From Nostoc sp. (GTDB lineage: Bacteria; Cyanobacteriota; Cyanobacteriia; Cyanobacteriales; Nostocaceae), in assembly GCA_036918135.1 (NCBI GenBank), contig JBALDB010000033.1, positions 29,226 through 93,225 of the forward strand: a stretch of DNA of 64,000 nucleotides, written 5' to 3'. A program made the position numbers and the translations under genes. Below, one piece after another: positions 19,153 through 29,707 of the stretch (the first letter of the stretch is position 1; every line of letters starts with the position of its first letter). Under the pieces are notes generated by a model. It did not search any database. It had not been told where the DNA came from and saw only the letters and a list, made by a program, of their open reading frames with translations.

Positions 19153-20013
19153 ATGGGCAGTATTTGGGAAATCGATTTTTACTCTCGTCCGATTTTAGAC
19201 GCCAATCAAAAAAAAGTTTGGGAAGTCTTAGTCTGTGAAAGTCCCTTGGATACAAACACAAAAGCAGATTCTTTATTTCGCTATGCTCAATATTGCCCCA
19301 GTACCCAGGTAAATTCGGGCTGGTTGCGGACTGCATTACAGGAGGCTATTGACCAAGCTGGAAAAGCGCCAATTAAAATTCGCTTTTTCCGCCGCCAAAT
19401 GAATAATATGATTACCAAAGCTTGCCAAGACTTGGGGATTCCCGCCCAGCCTAGCCGCCGTACTTTGGTTCTCAACCAATGGTTAGAACAGCGGATGCAA
19501 GAAGTGTATCCTCAAGAACCTGGATATCAAGGCGGAACTAATCCCTCAGTACGATTGGAGAAACCTTTGCCGCAACGTTTGCCAGATGCTTTGGAAGGAC
19601 AGCAGTGGGTATTTGTGAGCTTAACAGCCGAGGATTTAGCAGAGATGCCAGAGTGGGAAATTAGCTTTGGTGAAGCTTTTCCGCTAGAGTTTGCACAAGT
19701 ATCACCTGAAACCCGTATTCCTGGTGTTTTGATTTTCTCATCTAGAGCGTTGCCTTTGGCGGGCTGGATGTCTGGTTTGGAGTTGGCTTTTTTGAAAGCT
19801 GACACTAGTCAAGAGGCGAAATTGCTTTTAGAAACTGGTGTTACTGAAAGCTGGATTGTGGCAAATATCAAAAAACCTCAAATTTTAGCAGAAGCTAAAG
19901 GTTTTGAACAAGCCAAGCAAAAAGCTAATGGAGTGCATTTTCTAGGCGTACAGTCCAATCCTCAAGCCGAATCATTTGCTGGTTTTTGGCTGTTGCAAGA
20001 GGTCAATCTTTGA
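19153..20013 (+). CDS. Tab2/Atab2 family RNA-binding protein
   Basis: WEIDFYSRPILD...KVWE...IRFFRRQM...PLAGWMSG...GVHFLGVQ...FAGFWLL. Confidence 0.88.
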   Translation: MGSIWEIDFYSRPILDANQKKVWEVLVCESPLDTNTKADSLFRYAQYCPSTQVNSGWLRTALQEAIDQAGKAPIKIRFFRRQMNNMITKACQDLGIPAQPSRRTLVLNQWLEQRMQEVYPQEPGYQGGTNPSVRLEKPLPQRLPDALEGQQWVFVSLTAEDLAEMPEWEISFGEAFPLEFAQVSPETRIPGVLIFSSRALPLAGWMSGLELAFLKADTSQEAKLLLETGVTESWIVANIKKPQILAEAKGFEQAKQKANGVHFLGVQSNPQAESFAGFWLLQEVNL

Positions 20014-20074
20014 AAAAGGGGATTGGGGACTGGGGAAGATAAGGGGAATAACTAACGACAAATGACAAAAGACA

Positions 20075-20331
20075 AATGACAAAGCGCAAAGTCTGTACAC
20101 GCTTCTGCGGCTTCTCGCAGGGTGTGCTGGCTTCCAGCGTAGACGCCCGAAGGGCGGCTTGTCGTCAGACATCGGAACTTTGTAAGAGAGGACTAATGAC
20201 AAAGGACTAATGACAAAGCGCAAAGTCTGTACACGCTTCTGCGGCTTCCTGCAGGGTGCGCTGGCTTCCAGCGTAGACGCCCGAAGGGCGGCTTGTCGTC
20301 AGACATCAGAACTTTGCAAGAGAGGACTAAT
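20075..20331. repeat. tandem duplication of a ~123-bp GC-rich unit inside an STRR (TGACAAA/TGACTAA) tract
   Basis: Copies at 20075-20197 and 20209-20331, with few substitutions. Confidence 0.9.
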
Positions 20332-20518
20332 AAGCAAAAATTGCGATCGCCTAAGAAACGTTGAGACGTGACAATGATTTGGGATAATTATCTGCGTCCA
20401 TTAGTGTCGATCTGCGGTTTCAAATTGCAACTGCCAAGACGCGCTGATGATTTTTGGATAATTATTTGCGTCTGTTGACGTTGATAGGCTGTTCAAAATC
20501 CACAATTCACTAAGGGTC

Positions 20519-21832
20519 ATGGATTCTGAAAATTTGTCAAAAGATACACTAGCAGAAGAACTGCTGGAACTAGCGATTAAATCTGGAGCAGAAGCAGCTG
20601 AGGTGTATCAGTCGCGATCGCTTTCTCGTCCAGTGTTTTTTGAGGCAAACCGACTCAAGCAGCTAGAAACCAGCCAATCTGAAGGTATAGCACTGCGGCT
20701 TTGGCGAAATGGGTGTCCAGGACTAACGGTGGCTTACGGTTCTGTCCCCGCCTTAGCGATTGTGGAAAAAGCTTTAGCTTTGAGCGAACTTAATCAACCA
20801 GAACTAGTGGAATTAGGCTCTAATTTTCAGCCATTGTACCCAGACTTGGGAAAAATTGTGCCGATAGAGGTTTTGGTAGACTGGGGCAAGGAAGCGATCG
20901 CCCTGATTCGCGATGCCTATCCTGAGGTTATCTGCAATGGCGACTGGGAATGTGATATCGAAGCCACAAGACTGGTCAACACTAAAGGTTTAGATTGCCA
21001 CTACACCGATACTACCCTTAGTTGCTACATATCCGCAGAATGGGTGCGCGGTGATGATTTTTTGAGTGTTTCCGATGGTCAAACCAAACGGGGCGAACTC
21101 CACCCACAGAGATTAGCTAACCAAATTTTACAGCGGTTAGTTTGGGCAAAAGAAAATGTTTCATCTCCTAATGGTCGCGTCCCAGTTTTGTTTACTTCTA
21201 AAGCCGCCGATATGCTTTGGGGTAGTGTGCAAGCAGCTTTGAATGGCAAGCGAGTTTTAGAAGCAGCTTCCCCTTGGGCAGAACGTCTGGGTAGCCCAGT
21301 CACATCATCTAGCCTTACCCTCTACCAAGATCCCCAAGCTGGGCCTTACAGTTGCCCTTTTGATGATGAAGGCACTCCCACTCAATTTTTAGTATTTATT
21401 GAAAACGGAACTTTAAAGCATTTCTATGGCGATCGTACCACCGGAGGTCAACTGGGTACTCAGACCACGGGAAATGGTTTTCGCCCTAGTTTAAGCAGCT
21501 ATCCCACTCCCGGTTTATTTAATTTTCTCATCCAGCCAGGTTCGGCATCGCTACAAGAGTTAATTGAACAACTGGATGATGGCTTAATTGTGGATCAAAT
21601 GTTAGGTAATGGCGGCACTATTTCAGGAGATTTTTCGATCAACGTTGATTTAGGCTACCGCGTGCAAAATGGTCATGTAATTGGGCGCGTTAAGGATACG
21701 ATGGTTGCAGGTAATGTCTACACAGCTCTCAAGCAACTGGTTACACTGGGGAACGATGCTGATTGGAATGGTTCTTGCTATACTCCATCTTTGATCGTAG
21801 AAGGACTATCCACTATGGGGAGAAACAATTAA
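20519..21832 (+). CDS. TldD/PmbA family protein
   Basis: GAEAAEVY, PFDDEGTP, TTGNG, SGDFS, DTMVAGN motifs. Confidence 0.9.
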   Translation: MDSENLSKDTLAEELLELAIKSGAEAAEVYQSRSLSRPVFFEANRLKQLETSQSEGIALRLWRNGCPGLTVAYGSVPALAIVEKALALSELNQPELVELGSNFQPLYPDLGKIVPIEVLVDWGKEAIALIRDAYPEVICNGDWECDIEATRLVNTKGLDCHYTDTTLSCYISAEWVRGDDFLSVSDGQTKRGELHPQRLANQILQRLVWAKENVSSPNGRVPVLFTSKAADMLWGSVQAALNGKRVLEAASPWAERLGSPVTSSSLTLYQDPQAGPYSCPFDDEGTPTQFLVFIENGTLKHFYGDRTTGGQLGTQTTGNGFRPSLSSYPTPGLFNFLIQPGSASLQELIEQLDDGLIVDQMLGNGGTISGDFSINVDLGYRVQNGHVIGRVKDTMVAGNVYTALKQLVTLGNDADWNGSCYTPSLIVEGLSTMGRNN

Positions 21833-21839
21833 AAATTCT

Positions 21840-21950
21840 GGCGTTGCTCAATTAAGGGATGATTCTTGTAGTGTGAACCGAAAATACAAGGGACGGGCTT
21901 TTTGGCCTATCCCACAAAACCATCAAAATTATCCCATAATTAGCAACACC
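21840..21950. mobile_element. MITE (111 bp) with 8-bp target-site duplication
   Basis: Ends GGCGTTGCTCAATTAAGGGATGA / TTATCCCATAATTAGCAACACC; AAAATTCT at both 21832-21839 and 21951-21958. Confidence 0.8.
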
Positions 21951-22186
21951 AAAATTCTCAATTTATAGCAAGTAACAGGTTTTGCAAGTAGTAAAGCAAG
22001 CGAATTAAAGGTTAGGACATCTTGAAAGCCTGGATGTTAGGAACTAGTAATGTTTTACCTCCTGCCTTCTGCCAACGCTCGCGGACTCGCTAACGCTGCG
22101 CTATCCTGCCTCCTGCTATAAATGTTGTGTTTGATTCATTGAAAGTTTAATCAATCATTTTTGAATAAGACAAGAAATTTGACATC

Positions 22187-24898
22187 ATGTCGTATCTACC
22201 TATCTTCCAGCGCTTTCGGCAAGTCTTACAACCACGGCGTCGTTTAGCAATCTTTGAAGCTTGTCTGATTGGTTTGGTTTCGGGTCTGGCAGCAGTCTTA
22301 CTTAAATCGGGGGTGGGATTGCTAGGTGCTTGGCGAGTGCAGACATCGCTGCTATTACCAGCTTGGTTCGTGTTACCAGGTATCGGACTGACCTTCGGAT
22401 TCCTAGCAGGATGGCTGGTTGAGCGCGTGGCACCAGAAACTTCCGGTAGCGGTATTCCTCAGGTTAAAGCAGTGCTAGCCCGGATACCAATTGCTCTGGA
22501 TTTGCGGGTTGCTCTGGTAAAGTTAGTCGGTGGTATTCTGGCACTGGGTTCTGGGCTAGCTTTAGGGCGGGAAGGGCCAACAGTTCAGGTGAGCGCAGCT
22601 TTAGCATCTCAACTGAGTCAGTGGTTTCCTACTTCACCAGACCACCGACGCCAGTTGATTGCTGCTGGTGCAGGAGCAGGGTTAGCGGCTGCCTTCAATG
22701 CGCCGATTGCAGGTGTGTTGTTTGTAGTAGAAGAACTGTTACAGGATTTCTCAGAATTTACTCTGGGCACTGCAATTCTGGCTTCTTTTATCGGTGCCGT
22801 TGTCTCGCGGGTATTGGGTGGTCGCAGCTTAGATCTTAATCTGGCATTAACTGCTCCCAACACAGATTTTTTTGTTCAAGATATCCCCTTCTATTTGTTG
22901 TTGGGAATTGTGGCTGGGTTGATGGGGGCGCTATTTAATCGCGGGATTATTACCAGCTTAACTTTTTACCGACGTTCTCTACGTTTTGGATTACCTGCTC
23001 GTGTAGCACTTGCTGGGTTGGTGTCTGGGGTGATTGTGGCATTACTACCGTTAGCGTTTCGAGACAACACGGGACTGCGGGAAATTTTAATTACAGGTGA
23101 GGCTAGCTGGTCAGTAGCAGCGATCGCCTTTTTCTCCCAGTTTATCCTTACCCTCGTAGCCTATGGCTCTGGTGTGCCAGGAGGATTATTTGCTCCTGCT
23201 TTAACTCTTGGGGCTGCCCTTGGCTACTTAGTGGGTATGGCAGAACACAGTCTACTCATTCCTTTTGGAATCGCCAGTGGATTACCAATTACTTATGCGT
23301 TGGCAGGAATGGGCGCATTTTTTACTGCGGTAGCCAGAGTGCCAATCACGGGGATAGTAATTGTGTTTGAAATGACTACAGATTTCAACTTAGTACTGCC
23401 CTTAATGATTGGCTCTGTAACGTCGTATCTAGTGGCCGACAAGTTAGTGCCAGGATCGCTATACGACAAACTTTTAGAGTGGAATGGGATAATTATCGAA
23501 AAAGCTGCACCTGCGGGGGGGATTATAACAAATTTGACAGCCAAAGATGTCATGCAGCAACAAGTAGAAACTCTGGATACACAGATGCCTTTAGATGAAG
23601 TAATACAGGCATTTGCTCGTTCCCACCATCGGGGCTTTCCGGTAGTAGAGGATAGCAAGCTTGTAGGGATTGTGACGCAATCAGATTTACTAAATATCCG
23701 CGAGCGCAACTTACCAAACGATACTGCCTTAGGGAAAATTATGACTGCGGCTCCGGTAACAGTCACACCAATCCACACCCTAAGCAATGTACTGTATTTA
23801 CTCGACCGCTATCAAATCAGTCGCTTACCAGTAGTGAATGGACGAAAACTGATCGGGATTATTACGCGTGCAGATATTATTCGTGCGGAAGCAGACCATC
23901 TTAATGGTGATGACAGAACTTTAAAACTGCGACCAGAACCTTCGTATGTAGTTTATCAAACGCGATCGCCCAGCATTGGTAGAGGTAGATTATTAGTCCC
24001 AGTAGCTAACCCGGAAACAGCAGGGATTTTATTACAAATGGCAGCAGCGATCGCCCGCGATCGCCATTATGAAATAGAGTGCATCCAAGTAATACTAGTG
24101 CCACGCCACAGTTCCCCATCTGAAACACAAGTCAGGACAGCAAAAAGTCGCCGCCTGCTCAGAAAGGCAGAAGTCTTAGCAAAAAAATGGCAAATTCCCC
24201 TGCATACACAAATCCGAGTTACCCACGATGTCGCCCAAGCAATTTTGGAGACAATCAACGAACAACACATTGACCTGATTTTAATGGGATGGAAAGGTAA
24301 TACATCTACCCCAGGTCGGATTTTTGGCACTGCCGTAGATACTGTAATTCGCCAAGCCACTTGCGAAGTAGTTTTAGTCAAGTTAGGCAAAACTCACTCA
24401 GACGCGGCGACACAGGGACGCGACGATACAGAAAAAGAATTCTCTCCATCCGCGCATCTCCCACTCTCAGCATATCCTTCCTCTCCTCACTTCAACAGCT
24501 GGCTAGTCCCAATGGCTGGCGGCCCCAATTCACAAGTAGCGATTAAATTGCTTCCGGCTTTACTCACCTTGGGGAATCAACCACAAATTCGCTTGACACA
24601 GGTGTTTAAGCCATCTGAGTCGCAACCAAACATGACAGTTTTAGAAAATGGTATGCGTCAGTTGATGCGTCGCTATAAATTATCTAAGACTATTCTTGCT
24701 GTCCCAATACAAGCTGATTCAGTTGCCCAAGGTGTGATTAAATTAGTCAAAACTGAAGGTTACGATGTTGTAGTTTTGGGAGCTTCGCGTGAGGGATTGT
24801 TGCAGCAGGCGATTCAAGGTAATATTCCAGAAGCGATCGCCTCTGGTGTAGAAAGTACAGTAATTCTGGTCAGGAGTGCGATTAATAGTAAAGTCTAA
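22187..24898 (+). CDS. ClC-type chloride channel/antiporter with CBS pair and two USP domains
   Basis: GSGIP, GREGP, AAFNAP and GGLFAP motifs; CBS repeats; USP-like LLVPVAN and LVPMAGGP segments. Confidence 0.92.
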   Translation: MSYLPIFQRFRQVLQPRRRLAIFEACLIGLVSGLAAVLLKSGVGLLGAWRVQTSLLLPAWFVLPGIGLTFGFLAGWLVERVAPETSGSGIPQVKAVLARIPIALDLRVALVKLVGGILALGSGLALGREGPTVQVSAALASQLSQWFPTSPDHRRQLIAAGAGAGLAAAFNAPIAGVLFVVEELLQDFSEFTLGTAILASFIGAVVSRVLGGRSLDLNLALTAPNTDFFVQDIPFYLLLGIVAGLMGALFNRGIITSLTFYRRSLRFGLPARVALAGLVSGVIVALLPLAFRDNTGLREILITGEASWSVAAIAFFSQFILTLVAYGSGVPGGLFAPALTLGAALGYLVGMAEHSLLIPFGIASGLPITYALAGMGAFFTAVARVPITGIVIVFEMTTDFNLVLPLMIGSVTSYLVADKLVPGSLYDKLLEWNGIIIEKAAPAGGIITNLTAKDVMQQQVETLDTQMPLDEVIQAFARSHHRGFPVVEDSKLVGIVTQSDLLNIRERNLPNDTALGKIMTAAPVTVTPIHTLSNVLYLLDRYQISRLPVVNGRKLIGIITRADIIRAEADHLNGDDRTLKLRPEPSYVVYQTRSPSIGRGRLLVPVANPETAGILLQMAAAIARDRHYEIECIQVILVPRHSSPSETQVRTAKSRRLLRKAEVLAKKWQIPLHTQIRVTHDVAQAILETINEQHIDLILMGWKGNTSTPGRIFGTAVDTVIRQATCEVVLVKLGKTHSDAATQGRDDTEKEFSPSAHLPLSAYPSSPHFNSWLVPMAGGPNSQVAIKLLPALLTLGNQPQIRLTQVFKPSESQPNMTVLENGMRQLMRRYKLSKTILAVPIQADSVAQGVIKLVKTEGYDVVVLGASREGLLQQAIQGNIPEAIASGVESTVILVRSAINSKV

Positions 24899-24983
24899 GC
24901 GACTTCCATATAAAAAATATCCTACTGCTGACGCTCAATAGCCACTAACTTCAAACGGGATAATTTATTTCTTGGAGTTCCCT
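24898..24983. repeat. short MITE-like element filling the gap between two convergent stop codons
   Basis: Degenerate inverted ends AGCGACTTCCATATAAAAAATATCC / GGATAATTTATTTCTTGGAGTTCCCT. Confidence 0.45.
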
Positions 24984-26157
24984 AATAGCTACTAAATAAC
25001 TTAGCTAAATTGGCGCGAAATTGACTAAATTCATAAGCTTCAATGGTTTTTTGTTGCAAGTACTCTGGTTGATAAATCACCGGGTTAGAGCAATCACCTT
25101 GGAGAATTTGAATGAGATTATCAGCAATTTCTTCGACGTTATCAGGGTCAACTAAACATCCCAGTTTACCCTCAGCTAATGGGTCTATAGAACCATCTTG
25201 ATTACCTGCCAATACAGGTTTACCACAAGCTAAGGCTTCTAAATAAACAATACCAAATCCTTCTCCTTTGCTAGGCATAGCAAAAACATCACAGAGATTG
25301 TAATGAGCGCACAATTCTTCATCTGGTACAAATCCGGCAATAGTAATACAATCTTGGAGGTTTAAGCTATTAACTAAAGTTTGAATTCGAGGTAAATCAT
25401 CCCCCTTACCTACTAAAAGAAAATGAACATTTGGGATTTGCGATCGCACTTTAACTAAAGCATGAATAATTTGGTCATAACCCTTATATTTTGCCATGCG
25501 TCCCAGCCGCGTTACTGTGAGAATTACAGGCTGTTCATCTTTTAAGTTATATCGTTTTAGTAAGTGAGTAGGTTTAGGTTTTATTTCAAATTGGTTGGCG
25601 TCAAATGTATTAGGTAAAAGCACTATTTTATCAGCATCAATTTGAATTTCTCGAAGCAAGCGCTGGCGAGTATAATTACTAACACTAATTACTTTATCCG
25701 CTTTTTGTAATGCTAATTTGGTCATCTTATTCTCAATATCCCAAACTTCTAAACCATGAGCAACTACCCAGTAAGGAATTCCAGCAATCAGTTTGAGAAC
25801 ATAACAAGCAGTGGCATAGTTAACATGAGTTGATATAACTATAGTCGGACGATGAAAAATAGCCAAAATAATTATTTTTGTAGCAAACAAAATAGTTTGA
25901 AATAATCTTGGTAAATCTCCAAAATAATGAAATTTTGTGGAACTTAAATACTGCAAATTTGACCGTTGTTTTAAATTTTGCTTGTCATATTTGAGAAACA
26001 CATCATAATTAGCTTCCGGATATAAATCTTGCAATGCTTTGAGCAAAAACATTGAGTAAACTTGAATACCTCCTTTAAAACCAAACATATTTGGAAATAT
26101 CAAGTTAAAATGGCACTGATTTCGAGTATTTGTTTTTAACATTGTAACTAATTTCAC
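24982..26157 (-). CDS. glycosyltransferase family 4
   Basis: KGGIQVY, AHGLEVW, YKGYD, PSKGEGFGIVYLEALACGKPV. Confidence 0.92.
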   Translation of the reverse strand: MKLVTMLKTNTRNQCHFNLIFPNMFGFKGGIQVYSMFLLKALQDLYPEANYDVFLKYDKQNLKQRSNLQYLSSTKFHYFGDLPRLFQTILFATKIIILAIFHRPTIVISTHVNYATACYVLKLIAGIPYWVVAHGLEVWDIENKMTKLALQKADKVISVSNYTRQRLLREIQIDADKIVLLPNTFDANQFEIKPKPTHLLKRYNLKDEQPVILTVTRLGRMAKYKGYDQIIHALVKVRSQIPNVHFLLVGKGDDLPRIQTLVNSLNLQDCITIAGFVPDEELCAHYNLCDVFAMPSKGEGFGIVYLEALACGKPVLAGNQDGSIDPLAEGKLGCLVDPDNVEEIADNLIQILQGDCSNPVIYQPEYLQQKTIEAYEFSQFRANLAKLFSSY

Positions 26158-27374
26158 TTGCTTGATTGTACGATAAAATCTTTTCGATAATTAATAGCTG
26201 CTGCCAAAAAATAAAACTCAATAGTTGTAAAAGTATAATCTTCAGCAAAAAAATCTGGAATTTGAGACGCTAAAAACATCATAATTGGAATAATCGTTAA
26301 GGGATTACTATGTTTAACTTTAGTTGCTATTTTTACTAAAAAACTAATAAAAATAAATAGTCCAATAACTCCTTGTTCTACTAAGACATTTAAAAATATA
26401 TCATGTGCATGAAAACCTTTGGCTCCAAAAACTTTCACTCCTATATGTTCTGCAAAAACTCCTATACCTATACCTGTAAGCGGTCTTTTAATAGTTTCAA
26501 TAATAGCTGCTTGCCATAGAACAAACCTTGACAACGCTGTTCCTACAGGACTAGGAAGCACTATTTGAATCGGATTTGCTAAAAATAAATTAATTAATGG
26601 AAATATTTTACTATTTCCTAAACCAATTCTGTATGTAGATACTGGTATAGTTACAATACATAAAAACCATAAACTTAAGATAGCAATCATCTGTTTAAAA
26701 TTAATAGTTTTATATATCAATAAAAGAATTATGCCAAAAATAAAAATTAGCCAAGCATTTCTGCTAGCAGAAAACGCTAAGGAAATTAAAAATATAAATT
26801 CACTTAGATATAATTCAATTTGAGAAATCTTTTTTTGTTTTTCTAGAATTAAGCTTAAACATAGCCCGATACTCATTATTGCCCCAAACTGATTAGGATT
26901 TTGCATGATTGAACCAATCTGAGGATAAAAGCTAGGAAATTTTAATAATTTAAAAATCCAGTGATTGGGAAGTAAAGCCTCTAAAAAACCAAACCCTGCA
27001 ATTATTTGTAATAAGTACAATATGCAACGATAATAAAATGTCAAGGAGGATGTTTTGAGTTTTCTATAAGTTAAGACTAGAAAAGCAAAAAATAATATAA
27101 AGTACGTTGAATACTTAATACTATAAATAATAGCAGTATGAGAAAATTCACTTAAAAAAGCGGATATCCACATCCATAAATATAATATAGCCAAAAATAT
27201 TAAAATAATTTTATTTTTTTTAATAGTTTCTTTTGTATCTTTTAATGAAAAACTAATTATCCCAAAGCTAAAGCCAGAAAGTAATAAATAATGAATACCA
27301 ATATTGAATTCAGGAAATTTAATTCGCCCTAAAAGGGAAGAAAATAGTATGAGCAAGAAAAATATATTAATCAT
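26154..27374 (-). CDS. O-antigen ligase/polymerase family membrane protein
   Basis: Multiple hydrophobic helices; NPNQFG, SASRNAW, RPLTGIGIG, HAHDIFLNVLVEQG. Confidence 0.85.
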   Translation of the reverse strand: MINIFFLLILFSSLLGRIKFPEFNIGIHYLLLSGFSFGIISFSLKDTKETIKKNKIILIFLAILYLWMWISAFLSEFSHTAIIYSIKYSTYFILFFAFLVLTYRKLKTSSLTFYYRCILYLLQIIAGFGFLEALLPNHWIFKLLKFPSFYPQIGSIMQNPNQFGAIMSIGLCLSLILEKQKKISQIELYLSEFIFLISLAFSASRNAWLIFIFGIILLLIYKTINFKQMIAILSLWFLCIVTIPVSTYRIGLGNSKIFPLINLFLANPIQIVLPSPVGTALSRFVLWQAAIIETIKRPLTGIGIGVFAEHIGVKVFGAKGFHAHDIFLNVLVEQGVIGLFIFISFLVKIATKVKHSNPLTIIPIMMFLASQIPDFFAEDYTFTTIEFYFLAAAINYRKDFIVQSSK

Positions 27375-27643
27375 AAATTCTAATTTTCAATAATTTTTGA
27401 CAATATAAAACCTAGATGAAAACCGATATTTACAGGTTTCAATAGAGATATTGCTATTTTTTCAACTTATAGCAGTGTCCAGGTAGATTAGTACATAAAC
27501 TGAGGATGAAATCCTCACACCAAATAACTTTTAAACCTATTACTCTATTGCCTGCTACCAGATTTTTAATTCCGTCGAGGATATTATCACAATACTCTTC
27601 GCCACCGATATCAAGCTGGTAATTAATTAACTCTCAGCACTTT

Positions 27644-29707
27644 TTAGTGAATTGTCTGCCAAATTTTTAAAATATTTTCACCACTTCCGCCGCCAGCAAT
27701 AGTCTGTCCATCTGGGCTGATGGCTACGGCATAAATATATCCAGAACCAGTTTCTAAAGTGCGGATTTTTTCTCCTGTCACCGGATTCCACAGTTTGATG
27801 GTTTTATCACTGCTGCCACTAACAAGGGTGATGTTATTTAAAGGTGTGCTTGGCAAAAAGGCGACGGAATTAATCTTATCATTATGTCCCTTTAAAGTGT
27901 GCATTAACTTTCCCGTCTCCACATTCCACAATTTAATTGTTTTGTCATTGCTGCCACTGGCAAGGGTTTTGCCATCGGGAGCAAAAGCAACTGAAAGAAT
28001 CGCCCCACCATTTCCCTTCAAGGTGCGGATTAACTTTCCTGTCCCTAAATTCCACAATTTTATTGTCTTGTCCCAACTACCACTGGCAAGGGTTTTGCCA
28101 TCAGGACTAAAAACTACAGCTTGAACACCATTGGCATGTCCTTCGAGAGTGCGGATTAACTTTCCTGTCTCCAGATTCCACAGTCTGATTTTCGTGTCCT
28201 TACTAGCACTACCACTAGCGAGGATTTTGCCATCAGGACTGAAACTCACCGAGGTTACTCCGTCGGTATGTCCTTGGAGAGTGCGAATTAACTTTCCGGT
28301 TGCCAAATTCCATAATTTGATTGTTTTATCTGCACTCCCACTAGCGAGGGTTTTGCTATCAGGACTGAAGGCTATAGTCCAAATCCAATTGGAATGTCCT
28401 TCGAGGGTGCGGATTTCTTGTTTAGTTGCCAGATTCCATAACTTGATTGTCTTATCATCACTAGCACTACCAAGGGTTGTACCATCAGGACTGAAGGCTA
28501 CAGAATTTACGTCACTAGAATGCCCTTTGAGAGATTTGGCGAGATAAGAATTTTCTAAGACGTTTTTTTGAGAAGTGACAGGCTGAGAAATCGGTTCAGA
28601 AAACTCGCTAATTTCAGGCGAACGAGTTTGGAAATACCAAACTCCTCCCAATCCCAATACCAAGATGCTAGTACCCAAGAGTAGTTTACTTTTGAGCTTG
28701 TTATTTAGTTTTGGTGAAACTAGTGTCGTTTCTGCCGAAGAAGTCGTGAATGTTGGTGTAAGTATAGTTGGGGGGACTAATGGCAATGGCGGTGATAGAC
28801 TGGGTGTTAAGTCAGCGATGACTTCTTCGGCTGATTGATAACGCTTTTCGATATCTGGTTGTAACAGCCTATCCAAAATTTCAGCCAACTCTACAGACAC
28901 AGAAATCTTATCTCTACCAGGACTATTTAAGTATTGCTGCCAAGATTTAACCCAACCGTAACCTTGGTGTATCCACAGTTGAGATGGGCGAACCCCAGTC
29001 AGTAGATGAAAACAAGTTGCCCCCAAGCTGAATAAATCACTGGCTGGGTAAGCTTTGCCTTCTTGCATTTGTTCCAGTGCTGTGTAACCATGTGAGCCAA
29101 TGACAGTGCCAATTTTAGTCTGCACAGTTGCTGTTAGCTGCTTAGAGGCTCCAAAATCAATTAACACTAATCGCCCGTCACTTTGACGGCGAATAATATT
29201 TTGTGGCTTGATATCCCGATGAATTACTCCTCGTACATGAATAAACGTCAGCAAGGGCAGTAAATCTAACAAAAGTTCTCGAATTTGTATTTCGTTATAA
29301 TTTCCCTGCGTCCCCCATTCCTTGAGTAAGTTTTGTCCGTCAATAAACTGCTGCACTAAAAATAAATAGCCATTTTGCTCAAAATAAGCCAATAAAGTTG
29401 GAATTTGTGGATGTTCTGCCAGTTGTTGAAGTCGGCTAGCTTCTTGTTTAAATAGTTCAACGGCCTTTGTTAGTGGCCCAGTTCCGTGAAGTTTTGGTGC
29501 AAATTGCTTGACAACACAGCATTCATTTAATTTGTGTACATCTTCTGCCAGATAGGTTCTGCCAAATCCGCCCTCATCTGACAACACCTGAGTGGGACGA
29601 TAGCGACCTCCCAGTAGGGGTAGTAATTCGGCTTGACAACTGTGACAATAGTTGTTTTTCTCAGGATTCAGGGGTTTTTGGCAATCGGGATTCACACAAC
29701 AAACCAT
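27644..29707 (-). CDS. Ser/Thr protein kinase with a transmembrane segment and WD40 repeats
   Basis: Cys-rich N-terminus; GGFGRTY, HRDIKPQN, DFG; about 7 GH...WN repeats. Confidence 0.93.
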   Translation of the reverse strand: MVCCVNPDCQKPLNPEKNNYCHSCQAELLPLLGGRYRPTQVLSDEGGFGRTYLAEDVHKLNECCVVKQFAPKLHGTGPLTKAVELFKQEASRLQQLAEHPQIPTLLAYFEQNGYLFLVQQFIDGQNLLKEWGTQGNYNEIQIRELLLDLLPLLTFIHVRGVIHRDIKPQNIIRRQSDGRLVLIDFGASKQLTATVQTKIGTVIGSHGYTALEQMQEGKAYPASDLFSLGATCFHLLTGVRPSQLWIHQGYGWVKSWQQYLNSPGRDKISVSVELAEILDRLLQPDIEKRYQSAEEVIADLTPSLSPPLPLVPPTILTPTFTTSSAETTLVSPKLNNKLKSKLLLGTSILVLGLGGVWYFQTRSPEISEFSEPISQPVTSQKNVLENSYLAKSLKGHSSDVNSVAFSPDGTTLGSASDDKTIKLWNLATKQEIRTLEGHSNWIWTIAFSPDSKTLASGSADKTIKLWNLATGKLIRTLQGHTDGVTSVSFSPDGKILASGSASKDTKIRLWNLETGKLIRTLEGHANGVQAVVFSPDGKTLASGSWDKTIKLWNLGTGKLIRTLKGNGGAILSVAFAPDGKTLASGSNDKTIKLWNVETGKLMHTLKGHNDKINSVAFLPSTPLNNITLVSGSSDKTIKLWNPVTGEKIRTLETGSGYIYAVAISPDGQTIAGGGSGENILKIWQTIH

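Noticed and set aside
27759..28547. Plus-strand ORFs of 121 and 138 aa
   Set aside because: Antisense shadows of the WD40 repeats
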